Assembly: GCA_009594865.1 (NCBI GenBank)
Contig: VOPT01000044.1
Location: forward strand, 1-32,000
Length of the DNA stretch: 32,000 bases
Direction of reading: 5' to 3'
Source of the DNA: Nitrospira sp.
Lineage (GTDB): Bacteria > Nitrospirota > Nitrospiria > Nitrospirales > Nitrospiraceae
Part shown: one piece after another, positions 17,227 to 25,686 of the stretch
Position numbering within the stretch: position 1 is the stretch's first letter
Layout: the number at the start of each line of letters is the position of its first letter
Made by a program: the position numbers and the translations under genes
Notes under the pieces: model-generated
Database searches by the model: none
Told to the model about the DNA's origin: nothing
The model's input: only the letters and a program-made list of their open reading frames with translations

Positions 17227-17250
17227 CGTTGTAGTTTCGAAACTACGACG
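17227..17250. promoter_or_regulatory. 24-nt near-perfect palindrome (candidate operator or RNA hairpin) in the 221-bp gap upstream of the lipoprotein gene
   Basis: CGTTGTAGTTTC|GAAACTACGACG pairs at 11 of 12 positions, and the core GTAGTTTCGAAACTAC is perfect. A second small hairpin, AGGATG-GTTG-CATCCT, lies at 17184-17199. Confidence 0.3.
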
Positions 17251-17368
17251 ATGGACTGAAGAGGAATACCCTGCAAGAGATCTGGCAATATCGATGAGCC
17301 GGTGGCTATGCCATGGGTGGGTGCTCTTGCCGGATCGCTGGGATTGTGACGGAAGGCGCAAACGTTCA

Positions 17369-18973
17369 ATGACCAAAGGTGCATCAGGTTTGCCGGCAAC
17401 GCGAATCGGGCCATGTGGGCTGACCCGGTGGATGGGGATAGTCTTGACCATTTCCCTGATCGGTTGTTCCCAACCCGGTGGGGAGGGGACAGCGCTGCCA
17501 TCGGAAGGTCGCAATGTGCAGTCCATCGTATTCTCTACCTTGATGGGAGACAGCCATCTGACTGAGGTGAGAGACATTGCGGTTGACCGTCAGGGATCTA
17601 TCTATGTCACTGGAGGAACTGAATCGGAGGATTTCCCCGTCACCCGAGGAGCGTTCGACGAAAGCTTTAACGGAGGGCTAGACGCGTTTGTCCTCAAGTT
17701 GACCGCGGCCGGAGAGATCATCTGGGCCACCTACCTTGGTGGTCCAAGCCATGACCGGGCCTATGCAATCGAAGTGGACGAGCAGGGTTATGTCTATGTC
17801 AGCGGACGAGCCGGCGACAAATTTCCTGTCACCGACAGAGTGTTTCAACCCCAATTTTTGGGTGGAATTCCTCAGGGGCCCTATCCATCCCAAAGTGGTT
17901 TCGTCGCCAAACTGTCACCTGAGGGAAACACGCTGGTCTGGGCGAGCTATTTTGGCGCAGGGGATGATCCTTCCCATCCGGTCAGAGACTTGGCCTTGGC
18001 TCGTGACGGCTCGATCCTCATCGCCGCCTCTTCGACGACCGGTGCCTATCCGAGAAGCATTCGTCAGGCCTTCGACAGAGGGTATCGGTCGCGGCATGCA
18101 GGGAAACGAGACGCGGTGCTGGCTCGCCTGAAGAATGACGGGACGGAAGTGGTGTGGGCGACCTATCTTGGGGGTCGAGAGTCGGAAGGAGGGGAAGGCT
18201 CCGTGCGCACCACGAGCAAGGGCAATGTCTATTTTTTGACGACGACCGAATCCAATGATGCGCCCGTGACCCCCGGAGTATATGGTCAGAACTATCACGG
18301 AGGAGGAGATTTCTACCTCGCGAAGTTCAATGTAGAAGGAGCGTTGTTGTTCGCAACCTATCTCGGCGGGTCGGATCTCGAGAATACTGAAACGCATGAA
18401 CTGGCCGTCGATAAGGATGAAAACGCCATCATCGCGTCCGGCTCGCTCTCGACGGACTATCCGACCACGCTGGGGGTCGTCCAGCCGTCCTATGCCGGTT
18501 CAGGGGGAAGAGGGACCGGAGGGGGGACGAACTATCCCGGCGATGTGGTGGTTTCGAAGATCTCGGCCGACGGAACCAGGCTGTTGGCAAGCACGTTCAT
18601 TGGAGGGAGACATGGGGAATCCGTCGAGGGCGTCGAGGTGGATTCCAACGGGGATGTGTCGATCACAGGCGCGACCTTTTCCGATGACTTTCCGGTCACC
18701 CCTAACGCCGTGCAATCGCGGTGGGGAGGGGAGGCGGATGCATTCGTGGTCAAGCTGTCGGCGGATCTGATGCACATCCTCTATGCCACCTATATCGGGG
18801 GAAAAGGGAGCGAGGCTTGTCGTGCCCTTGCCCTCAGTCCCGCAGGGTCGGTAATCATCGGCGGGGCAGTACGTTCCGGTGGCTGGCCGATCGTGAACGG
18901 GTTTCAAGGCGTCTCTGGCGTCCGTGGCGCCGGCGCTCTGCTCAGCCTGCAACTTCAAGAGAGAGTGCCGTGA
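17369..18973 (+). CDS. Lipoprotein with a seven-blade SBBP-type beta-propeller
   Basis: The track ORF 17039..18973 has an Arg/Pro-rich 5' extension that looks non-coding. ATG 17369 gives MTKGASGLPATRIGPCGLTRWMGIVLTISLIGC, that is, n-region, h-region and lipobox L-I-G-C (Cys codon 17465-17467). The mature part is seven tandem ~60-aa units. Confidence 0.8.
   Translation: MTKGASGLPATRIGPCGLTRWMGIVLTISLIGCSQPGGEGTALPSEGRNVQSIVFSTLMGDSHLTEVRDIAVDRQGSIYVTGGTESEDFPVTRGAFDESFNGGLDAFVLKLTAAGEIIWATYLGGPSHDRAYAIEVDEQGYVYVSGRAGDKFPVTDRVFQPQFLGGIPQGPYPSQSGFVAKLSPEGNTLVWASYFGAGDDPSHPVRDLALARDGSILIAASSTTGAYPRSIRQAFDRGYRSRHAGKRDAVLARLKNDGTEVVWATYLGGRESEGGEGSVRTTSKGNVYFLTTTESNDAPVTPGVYGQNYHGGGDFYLAKFNVEGALLFATYLGGSDLENTETHELAVDKDENAIIASGSLSTDYPTTLGVVQPSYAGSGGRGTGGGTNYPGDVVVSKISADGTRLLASTFIGGRHGESVEGVEVDSNGDVSITGATFSDDFPVTPNAVQSRWGGEADAFVVKLSADLMHILYATYIGGKGSEACRALALSPAGSVIIGGAVRSGGWPIVNGFQGVSGVRGAGALLSLQLQERVP
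17534..18956 (+). repeat. Seven tandem coding repeats (SBBP beta-propeller blades)
   Basis: The recurring pattern [ST]Y[LI]GG...D.A..[IL]AVD..G.[VI]Y[VI].G.T.S.DFPVT.GAF...[FY].GG.DAF[VL].KL...G is seen seven times. Examples: TYLGGPSHDRAYAIEVDEQGYVYVSG, TYLGGSDLENTETHELAVDKDEN, TFIGGRHGESVEGVEVDSNGDVSITG. Confidence 0.75.
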
Positions 18974-19089
18974 CTGGTGTTCCAGGGTTATTGAGGCGGT
19001 CGAGTATCTATTCCCCAAGTGTGAATCCATGTGTCGAATGATATGCAGGGATCGCTGCCATTCGCCACATGTAAAGGCAGGGTGAATCA

Positions 19090-20043
19090 GTGACGGTGCC
19101 AACGGACAGTCCGGGTCTTGAACTGAGTGTGGTTGTCGTGGTGTTGGAAGGCGGTGGGGCTCTGAGCCAATGCCTTGCGCAACTCGATCGGCAACGATTG
19201 GCGGGAAACCGTGAGGTCATTGTTCCCTACGACCAGCGCTTGCAGCATGTGTCCGATTTCACACGGGAGTTTCCGCAAGTCTCCTTTGTGCGCTGTGAGG
19301 GGCGGAAAACCTATGCTGAATTGAGGACTGTCGGCATTCTTCACAGTCGGGGGCGGATTGTCGCAGTGACCGAAGACCAGTGCCGGCCGCAGAACGATTG
19401 GTGCGACCAAGTGGTGAAGGGGCACGACTCCCATCACGCGGCGGTCGGGGGTGCCGTCGAGAAGCAGGCCCCGGATCGGGTGCTGGGCTGGGCCATCTAT
19501 TTCGCTGATTACGTCCGTTATATGAGGCCGATGTCGCCAACCTTGACGGGACACCTCACTGATTGCAACGTCTCCTACAAGCGATCGGCCCTCGATGCGA
19601 TTGTCTCGGTATGGGAAAAGGAGTTCCACGAACCCGAAGTTCATGGTGCCTTGCAGGCGGAGGGCCGGACTTTGTGGTTTGATCCTGAGATGGTCGTGTA
19701 TCAAAGACGATCCATGAGATGGACGGAGGCACTGAATGACCGATGGTGCTTCGGTCGCCTTTTCGGGAGTAGACGAGTGGTTCATGCTTCGGTCGCGCAT
19801 CGAATGGCGTATGGGGTCGCCGCATTAGCGACTCCCCTGCTGACGGTGCTGCGCGTGGCTCGAAACGTTTGTGAAAAGAGGCGATGCATCCTTCGATTCA
19901 CCTGGACGCTTCCCGCGCTGATCGTGCTGAATTCTACCTGGGCGCTGGGAGAGTGTATGGGGTATTGGTCCGGACGACCTGCAGCCGCGCTCTTACCGGA
20001 CAGCGAGGCGGTTGTCGGGCAAGAAGGAGCACCGCCAATATGA
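19090..20043 (+). CDS. GT2-like glycosyltransferase (divergent; T-E-D in place of the D-x-D)
   Basis: GTG start. LSVVVVVLEGGGALSQCLAQL ... EVIVPYD ... ELRTVGILHSRGRIVAVTEDQCRPQNDW follows the GT-A N-terminal half layout. The C-terminus is hydrophobic. Confidence 0.55.
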   Translation: MTVPTDSPGLELSVVVVVLEGGGALSQCLAQLDRQRLAGNREVIVPYDQRLQHVSDFTREFPQVSFVRCEGRKTYAELRTVGILHSRGRIVAVTEDQCRPQNDWCDQVVKGHDSHHAAVGGAVEKQAPDRVLGWAIYFADYVRYMRPMSPTLTGHLTDCNVSYKRSALDAIVSVWEKEFHEPEVHGALQAEGRTLWFDPEMVVYQRRSMRWTEALNDRWCFGRLFGSRRVVHASVAHRMAYGVAALATPLLTVLRVARNVCEKRRCILRFTWTLPALIVLNSTWALGECMGYWSGRPAAALLPDSEAVVGQEGAPPI

Positions 20044-21083
20044 TCTTCAAGGGAATCGAGATCTGTTGTCCGAAATGTCGGGGAGAGCTTGATGGCCATC
20101 AAGGCGAAGAGGGAATTCTCGAATGTCGCACGTGTCGTCAGAGGTATCCGATTCTGGTTGGTATCCCCGACCTGCGGATTTTCTCTGATCCCTATATCGG
20201 GATCGAAGAAGATCACGCGAAAGGCCTGAAGGTCGCCGACCATCTGCACAGTTCAACGTTAGCGGAATTGGTGGATTTCTATTACAGCACCACCTCCGTT
20301 GTCCCTCTCCACCATGCCAGGCAATATACGAGAGGGTTGCTGGCGGCTGAAGCGCGTGCACGGGCGGCCTTGGACGGATGGGAACAGGCAATTTATCCGA
20401 AGTCGTCAGGAGGGGCGACCCGCATATTGGAAATTGGATGCGGCACAGCGCCGCTGCTCGTGGCAGCGGCCCCCCGCTTCTCTTTGCTCGTCGGGGTGGA
20501 CGTTGCCTTCCGGTGGCTGGTCGTGGCGAAAAAGCGGCTTCTGGAGGCTGGGCTCGACATCCCCATTGTATGCGCCTGCGCCGAAGCCCTTCCGTTTCCC
20601 GACGGATATTTTCATCGAGTGATCTCCGAGTCTTCGCTGGAACATATGAAGGATCGCCGGCAGGTCATGAAGGAATGCCGGCGTGTCCTGGTTCCCGGTG
20701 GGTACTTCTGTGTCTCGACCCCCAACCGTTGGAGTTGGGGGCCTGATCCGCAGGTGGGAGTACTGGCCGGCGGATATTGGCCGAAGAGGATCCTCAACGG
20801 CTATGTGACATGGCAAGGAGGAATTCCGCCTAAGCGGGATCTATTATCGAGCCGAACCTTGAGCATGCTGTTGCGAGACGAAGGCTTTACTGACGTACAG
20901 ATTTTTCTTCCGGATATTGCCGATCAGCAGAAGAAGCAGTTCGGAATCGTGTTTCAATGGGTGGTCAATCTGTATGGGTTGTTCAAGCGTTTCCCGGTCT
21001 TGAGCAGTGTCATGTTCGTGATCGGTCCGTTGCTCCAGGGAATTGGTCGGAAGCCTCGCGAGTTGTCGGTCCAGTGTCAATGA
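20040..21083 (+). CDS. Class I SAM-dependent methyltransferase with an N-terminal Trm112-like zinc ribbon
   Basis: ATG 20040 forms an ATGA overlap with the upstream stop. The track ORF 19884.. is a 5' extension that overlaps the upstream gene. Zinc ribbon: CPKCRGEL...LECRTCRQRYPILVGIPDL. SAM motif I: RILEIGCGTAPLL. Also VLVPGGYFCVSTPN. Confidence 0.8.
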   Translation: MIFKGIEICCPKCRGELDGHQGEEGILECRTCRQRYPILVGIPDLRIFSDPYIGIEEDHAKGLKVADHLHSSTLAELVDFYYSTTSVVPLHHARQYTRGLLAAEARARAALDGWEQAIYPKSSGGATRILEIGCGTAPLLVAAAPRFSLLVGVDVAFRWLVVAKKRLLEAGLDIPIVCACAEALPFPDGYFHRVISESSLEHMKDRRQVMKECRRVLVPGGYFCVSTPNRWSWGPDPQVGVLAGGYWPKRILNGYVTWQGGIPPKRDLLSSRTLSMLLRDEGFTDVQIFLPDIADQQKKQFGIVFQWVVNLYGLFKRFPVLSSVMFVIGPLLQGIGRKPRELSVQCQ

Positions 21084-21117
21084 GACGGGCCTCTTCTATC
21101 ACGCTCGACGCCGGAGC

Positions 21118-22518
21118 ATGAGTTCATACCGAAACATTCTGAAATTGTCCGCATGGGATATGATCGCCAAGGCGGCCTATTTCCTGGCCTGTCTGTATCT
21201 CGCCCGCATCATGGGTGTGGAACATTATGGGGTGTGGGAGTTCTCAATCTCCGTGATGGCCTACTTCCTCCTCATTGCGGACCTCGGAATGGAGGTGTGG
21301 GCGACGAGGGAAGCGACCAAGGGTGGAGATATTCCGGCCCTGGTCGGCAAAGTCGTGCCCCTTCGTCTTATTGGGGCTACGGTTGCTTTGGGAATTCTCC
21401 TAGCCATTCTACCGCTCTTGCCAGAATTTCCTCAGTTACACACGGTGCTCGTGGTGTTCGGGCTGACGCTTTTCCTGCAGGCCGCCAATTTGAAATGGGT
21501 GTTTATGGGGCAGGAGCGCATGGCCACTGCAGGCAAGGGGCTTGCGCTTACGCAGCTGGTGTTTGCAGGGGGAATCGTGGTGATGGTCAGAAGCCCAAAC
21601 GATTTGATTTGGGCGCCGCTCGTGAAAGGACTGGGCGATTTGGCTGCAGTCAGTTTCTTTGGGAGACAGTTCCTCTCGACATACGGACTCGGTCGTATCA
21701 ATTTTCGCTTGAGCGAGAGCTCGTCGATCCTACGACATGCGCTTCCCATGGGCGTTTCGAACGGATTGGGGTTACTGAGTTATAACTGCGACACACTACT
21801 GCTGGGATTTCTGTCCGGACCTAATGCGGTCGGTTTGTACAATGCCGCCTATCGCCCCGTGACCGCCGTGCTCGCGTTGCCCCTAACCTATTTCCAGGGA
21901 CTCTTCCCGCTCTTGTCCCGAAAGCACCATGAGGACAGGCAGGGGTTCATTGGTACGTTGAGGCGGTCACTGGGCATTGCTGGTCTGATAGCGCTTCCCA
22001 TCGGAGTGAGCGGCATGTTCCTGGGAGCTCCCGTACTCGACCTGTTGTTTGGCCCAGCCTATCTTCAGGCGAACACCGCGCTCCAGGTTCTCGTGTGGTC
22101 CGCGGTCCTGGTGATTCTGCGCGGCAGCTATCGCCAGGCGTTTATGGCCTGCGGCCGACAAACGTTAGATCTCCGATGCGCTGGCATTTCAGCAGCCTTC
22201 AATGTTGGACTCAACGTCCTCCTCATTCCCCCATACGGCATTATCGGAGCAGCGGCGGCAACGGTAATAGGGGATTGCATCTGGCTGACATTGGCGGTGC
22301 TGTACTGCAACCGCTATGTTGTACCGGTGCCTATACTTGAGCATGTATCCAAACCGCTCGTTGCCGCGGTCCTGATGGGAGGGGCATTCATTGCGTTCGC
22401 ATCATTGCACTGGGTGTCACAGGCAGTCCTCGCTTGGCTGGTGTATCTCGTCTCCCTGTGGCTGATGGGGGAGAAAGAAGTTCGATCCTGGTTCATGATG
22501 GTTCGACCTGCTGTTTGA
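21118..22518 (+). CDS. Wzx-like oligosaccharide flippase (MOP/PST family, polysaccharide biosynthesis protein)
   Basis: The start is taken at ATG 21118 (MSSYRNILKLSAWDMIAKAAYFL...); the track ORF 21043.. overlaps the upstream gene. There are ~12-14 TM segments with the typical Polysacc_synt N-terminus and GLYNAAYRPV. Confidence 0.8.
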   Translation: MSSYRNILKLSAWDMIAKAAYFLACLYLARIMGVEHYGVWEFSISVMAYFLLIADLGMEVWATREATKGGDIPALVGKVVPLRLIGATVALGILLAILPLLPEFPQLHTVLVVFGLTLFLQAANLKWVFMGQERMATAGKGLALTQLVFAGGIVVMVRSPNDLIWAPLVKGLGDLAAVSFFGRQFLSTYGLGRINFRLSESSSILRHALPMGVSNGLGLLSYNCDTLLLGFLSGPNAVGLYNAAYRPVTAVLALPLTYFQGLFPLLSRKHHEDRQGFIGTLRRSLGIAGLIALPIGVSGMFLGAPVLDLLFGPAYLQANTALQVLVWSAVLVILRGSYRQAFMACGRQTLDLRCAGISAAFNVGLNVLLIPPYGIIGAAAATVIGDCIWLTLAVLYCNRYVVPVPILEHVSKPLVAAVLMGGAFIAFASLHWVSQAVLAWLVYLVSLWLMGEKEVRSWFMMVRPAV

Positions 22519-22675
22519 CGCGGCAGGCATTACCCTGTGGGGCATGAATTGCCGAACCCGAAAGGATTTGCTAGACCGCCGTCGCGGGGCAGGTTTGATA
22601 TTCCGGGATGATTGCACTATCCTTCACCCTCGACGCTGCTCCGCCTCAACTGCCCGGCCTATCGAGGGTCAGTTG

Positions 22676-23416
22676 ATGATCACCCAGTCAAAGTTGAGGG
22701 CATTTCTGCCTTGCGCACTCACACTGGAGCAAACGCCAGGGAAACAATTCAAGAGTCTGTGGGCGCTCTCAAAGAACCTACGTGTTTTGGCGCATCAGGC
22801 ACAATACTATCCAGAGCGGCGCTACAAGCTTGCGACCGTGATCGGGTGACATGTACTTGCGCGATAACTGCCGTGACGGGACCGATCTCAGCCCTTTGTT
22901 CGTGGAGAACGTCTATCGGGTCATACGCGTGGCTTATCCTTGCGATGTCCCGGATGTGGGGGCGAACTCGATCTATTTGTCCGATGGGTCCAGTCATATA
23001 CCCCGGAGCCGCGCATTCACTGGTTCGAGCCGTTGACATCGAATGCAGCCATGGTGCGTAGAAACTGCTCTACTGCGATCGTCAATCAGATTGCCTTGGT
23101 CGGGATGCTGGGACGGTAGCCATCGGGGCTGATCCGCATGGGGTGATGGTGTCATCCATCGCGCAACCGTGATGCCTTAAGCCCATTGAAATCCAGGTCA
23201 TGAAACTGGATACCTATGCGGATCAAGATGGCGTCAAAGAAGCGGTACTCCTGAAAGTCGAAACGGAGGGGATGGAAGTCGATGTATTGGATGGTGCCTC
23301 GAGCGTGCTGACATGGATGCACCAAGTCGCATCAGGAGACACATGGTGAGGTACGGCATAAGACTTCGTTGGATCGCCTCAAGGGTGCAGGGTTCCGGAG
23401 TGAAGCCGAAGAATGA
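22676..23416 (+). pseudogene. FkbM-family (Methyltransf_21) methyltransferase pseudogene with multiple frameshifts and an internal stop
   Basis: Family-like peptide segments are spread over three frames:
- Frame 2: 22676-22849.
- Frame 0: ...PCDVPDVGANS, to ~22968.
- Frame 2: DLFVRWVQSYTPEPRIHWFEPLTSNAAMVRRN...NQIALVG, to ~23104.
- Frame 1: RDAGTVAIGADPHGVMVSSIAQP-TGA(23170)-CLKPIEIQVMKLDTYADQDGVKEAVLLKVETEGMEVDVLDGASSVL.
- Frame 2: ...SLDRLKGAGF, to 23416. Confidence 0.6.
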
Positions 23417-23959
23417 AAGGGACGGGAATGATCTGGGCCTCACGCCACGAATACGATGTTTTCGAGCAATGTGCCGCACACAATTCTTATGTGACGGTCT
23501 GAGAAGGAGCGCAGGCATGTAAGGAGTATGACGCACCATGTACCAATCGCACTCTGTCTCTGTCGGGAAATTCCAAGATTCGATCCGCTGCTGGCGGCGG
23601 CTGACTGGGAAAATGTCCTCCAGGGATAGGTGACGAGCAGCCGATGAGGATTGTTGTACACCCCCGTTACCGGAGCCTCGTGAATCCAAAGACACGTGTG
23701 ATCACCACGATGACCTGTTGTGCCTTGGCCCGAAGCCGCAACTCGGTCCGGGTTTTGCGCTTCCGACCGGCTCCGCAGCGCGTTGATATAGATTCATGTA
23801 GTCCGGAGTCCTCGGAGCCACCCGGTGAATCACGGCCGTTTGTTCTTGGTAGACCTGATCTCCTTAGACCCCCCTCTCCCCCCTATGATGGAGCAGGTGA
23901 AGATTGTGTTACGTGATGTGCTCGAAATGGAATTCAGAGATTAACAGAGGAGACACAGC

Positions 23960-24931
23960 ATGCGCGCCTTGATAACGGGTGGTGCGGGATTCGTCGGGTC
24001 ACACTTGGCCGAAGCGCTCTTGAATCAAAACGCCTTTGTCACGGTGATCGATGATCTGTCCACGGGTAGCATTACCAATATTCGTCATCTGAAAAACCGC
24101 TCGGGATTTTCATATGTTATCGATACGGTGATGGATCACTCTCTCATGGCGGAATTGGTGGATGCGGCGGATGTCATCTATCACCTGGCTGCCGCGGTCG
24201 GTGTTCGTTTGATCGTAGAGAGTCCGGTCCGGACTATTGAAACCAACGTGTCCTGCACGGAAGCGGTGCTGACCCTGGCCGCCAAGAAGCAAAAAAAAAT
24301 ACTGATTGCCTCCACCAGCGAGGTGTATGGAAAATCGACAGCCATCCCATTTCGTGAGGACGGCGATTTGGTGATCGGAAACACAACCAGAGGTCGCTGG
24401 AGCTATGCGTGCTCAAAAACCCTGGACGAATTTCTAGGGTTGGCCTACTGGAAAGAAAAAAAAGTTCCAGTGGTTGTGTTTCGGCTGTTTAATACGGTCG
24501 GTCCTCGTCAAACCGGTCGCTATGGTATGGTGCTGCCCACCTTTGTGCAACAGGCTCTCAAAAATGAGCCCATCACCGTGTATGGGGATGGCCAGCAGTC
24601 ACGGTGTTTCACGTGGGTCGGCGATGCCGTGCGAGCCATCATCGACCTCTCCCTGCACCCTCAAGCGGTCGGCCAGGTCTTCAACATCGGAAGCGAGCAA
24701 GAAGTTACGATCATGGATCTGGCCAAGATGGTCAGGGATGTCGCCAGGAGTTCGTCGGACATCGCGTTGGTGCCCTACGATCAAGCCTACGAAGAGGGAT
24801 TTGAAGATATGGGGAGGCGGGTGCCGGACCTCAGCAAGATCCGTAATCTGATCGGATATAAGCCTACCGTCGATCTGCCGAATATTGTTGCACAGGTGGT
24901 GGAATACTACCGCCAGCAGACGCTCGGGTGA
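23960..24931 (+). CDS. NAD-dependent epimerase/dehydratase (extended SDR; UDP-glucuronate decarboxylase / ArnA-C-terminal-like)
   Basis: RBS GAGGAG. Motifs MRALITGGAGFVGSHL, STSEVYG, RWSYACSKTLDE (Y-x3-K), FRLFNTVGPRQ. Confidence 0.9.
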   Translation: MRALITGGAGFVGSHLAEALLNQNAFVTVIDDLSTGSITNIRHLKNRSGFSYVIDTVMDHSLMAELVDAADVIYHLAAAVGVRLIVESPVRTIETNVSCTEAVLTLAAKKQKKILIASTSEVYGKSTAIPFREDGDLVIGNTTRGRWSYACSKTLDEFLGLAYWKEKKVPVVVFRLFNTVGPRQTGRYGMVLPTFVQQALKNEPITVYGDGQQSRCFTWVGDAVRAIIDLSLHPQAVGQVFNIGSEQEVTIMDLAKMVRDVARSSSDIALVPYDQAYEEGFEDMGRRVPDLSKIRNLIGYKPTVDLPNIVAQVVEYYRQQTLG

Positions 24932-25024
24932 TACGGACACACCTGAAAGCGGTGCGGAGCGTGTCGAGCTCTGGGAATGTCGCCTGAACAGACGAGGAAC
25001 AGGCATGTCTAGAAAAGCCGGTCA

Positions 25025-25348
25025 ATGACAACCCATACATATTTCGTGCACGAATCGAGCTATATTGATCAGCCTTGTGACATTGGCGAGGGGACGAAGA
25101 TCTGGCATTTCTCTCACGTCATGACCGGGGCAGTGATCGGGCGAAGATGCAATATCGACCAGAATGTGCTGGTGTCCAGCGGGGTGCAGATCGGAAACAA
25201 CGTGAAAATTCAGAATAACGTCGCGCTATATACCGGAGTCGCTCTGGAAGACGATGTGTTCTGCGGACCATCGTGCGTGTTTACCAATGTCATCAATCCG
25301 CGCAGTCACATTTCGAGGAAAAGCGAGTACCGAGCGACGGTGACCTAG
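25025..25348 (+). pseudogene. 5' half of a left-handed beta-helix (hexapeptide) sugar N-acetyltransferase of the WbpD/WlbB type, truncated at the IS junction
   Basis: The 107 aa ...GTKIWHFSHVMTGAVIGRRCNIDQNVLVSSGVQIGNNVKIQNNVALYTGVALEDDVFCGPSCVFTNVINPRSHISRKSEYRAT closely follow the N-terminal ~105 residues of WbpD-type enzymes as I recall them (~190 aa full length). The GA.IGAN...VG.PAR half is missing, and the IS3 left end begins 7 nt after the stop. Confidence 0.8.
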
Positions 25349-25408
25349 CCGGGCTGAATTGGTCCAGATTCACTGTTAGTCTGGACCCCCAACCCAGGAC
25401 GTCATCCC

Positions 25409-25686
25409 ATGCCCCGCAAATCGTACACGCCTGAAGAAATCATCCAACATTTTCGCACGGTCGAGCTGGAAACTGGCAAAGGGCTTGCCGACGTGGAGGC
25501 GTGCTGGAAGATCGGCATCACGGAACAAACCTACGATCGATGAAAAAGGAGTACGGCGGCCTGCGCGTTGATCAAGCCAAACGGCCGAAGGGGCGTGAAC
25601 AGGAGAATCAGCGGCTCAAACGAATTGTGGCTGATCAGGCCGTCGATCTGTCGATCTTGAAGGAAGTCGCGTCGGGAAACTTCTAA
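25409..25686 (+). pseudogene. IS3 orfA (HTH / leucine-zipper protein), frameshifted
   Basis: MPRKSYTPEEIIQHFRTVELETGKGLADVEACWKIGITEQTYDR (frame 2) runs into TGA 25541-25543. The rest, KKEYGGLRVDQAKRPKGREQENQRLKRIVADQAVDLSILKEVASGNF, is in frame 1. This fits the loss of one G from the Trp codon of the conserved Y-R-W-K-K-E-Y-G-G motif. Confidence 0.8.

Noticed and set aside
17039-17368. 110-aa 5' extension of the lipoprotein ORF (MDHRFKSPPQRPPAPCRSDRRSRCPHRIRTG...)
   Set aside because: It overlaps the 3' end of the PepSY gene and has an Arg/Pro-rich non-protein-like composition. The internal ATG 17369 gives a textbook lipoprotein signal peptide with the LIGC lipobox.
19884-20039. 5' extension of the methyltransferase ORF overlapping the GT2-like gene. 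The same situation applies to 21043..21117 for the flippase.
   Set aside because: The extensions overlap the preceding genes by 160 and 41 nt. The internal ATGs (20040 with ATGA coupling; 21118) coincide with the start of the recognisable domains.
23234-23695. 153-aa minus-strand ORF in the gene-poor zone
   Set aside because: Its 3' half is antisense to the FkbM pseudogene segments, which carry recognisable motifs on the + strand. The rest shows no family resemblance. I considered a transposase fragment but could not support it.
25543-25549. AAAAAG run in IS3 orfA as the programmed -1 slippery site
   Set aside because: It lies in the middle of the conserved W-K-K-E-Y-G-G motif, not at the orfA/orfB overlap (25683-25686). 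The frame change there is better explained by loss of one G from the Trp codon.
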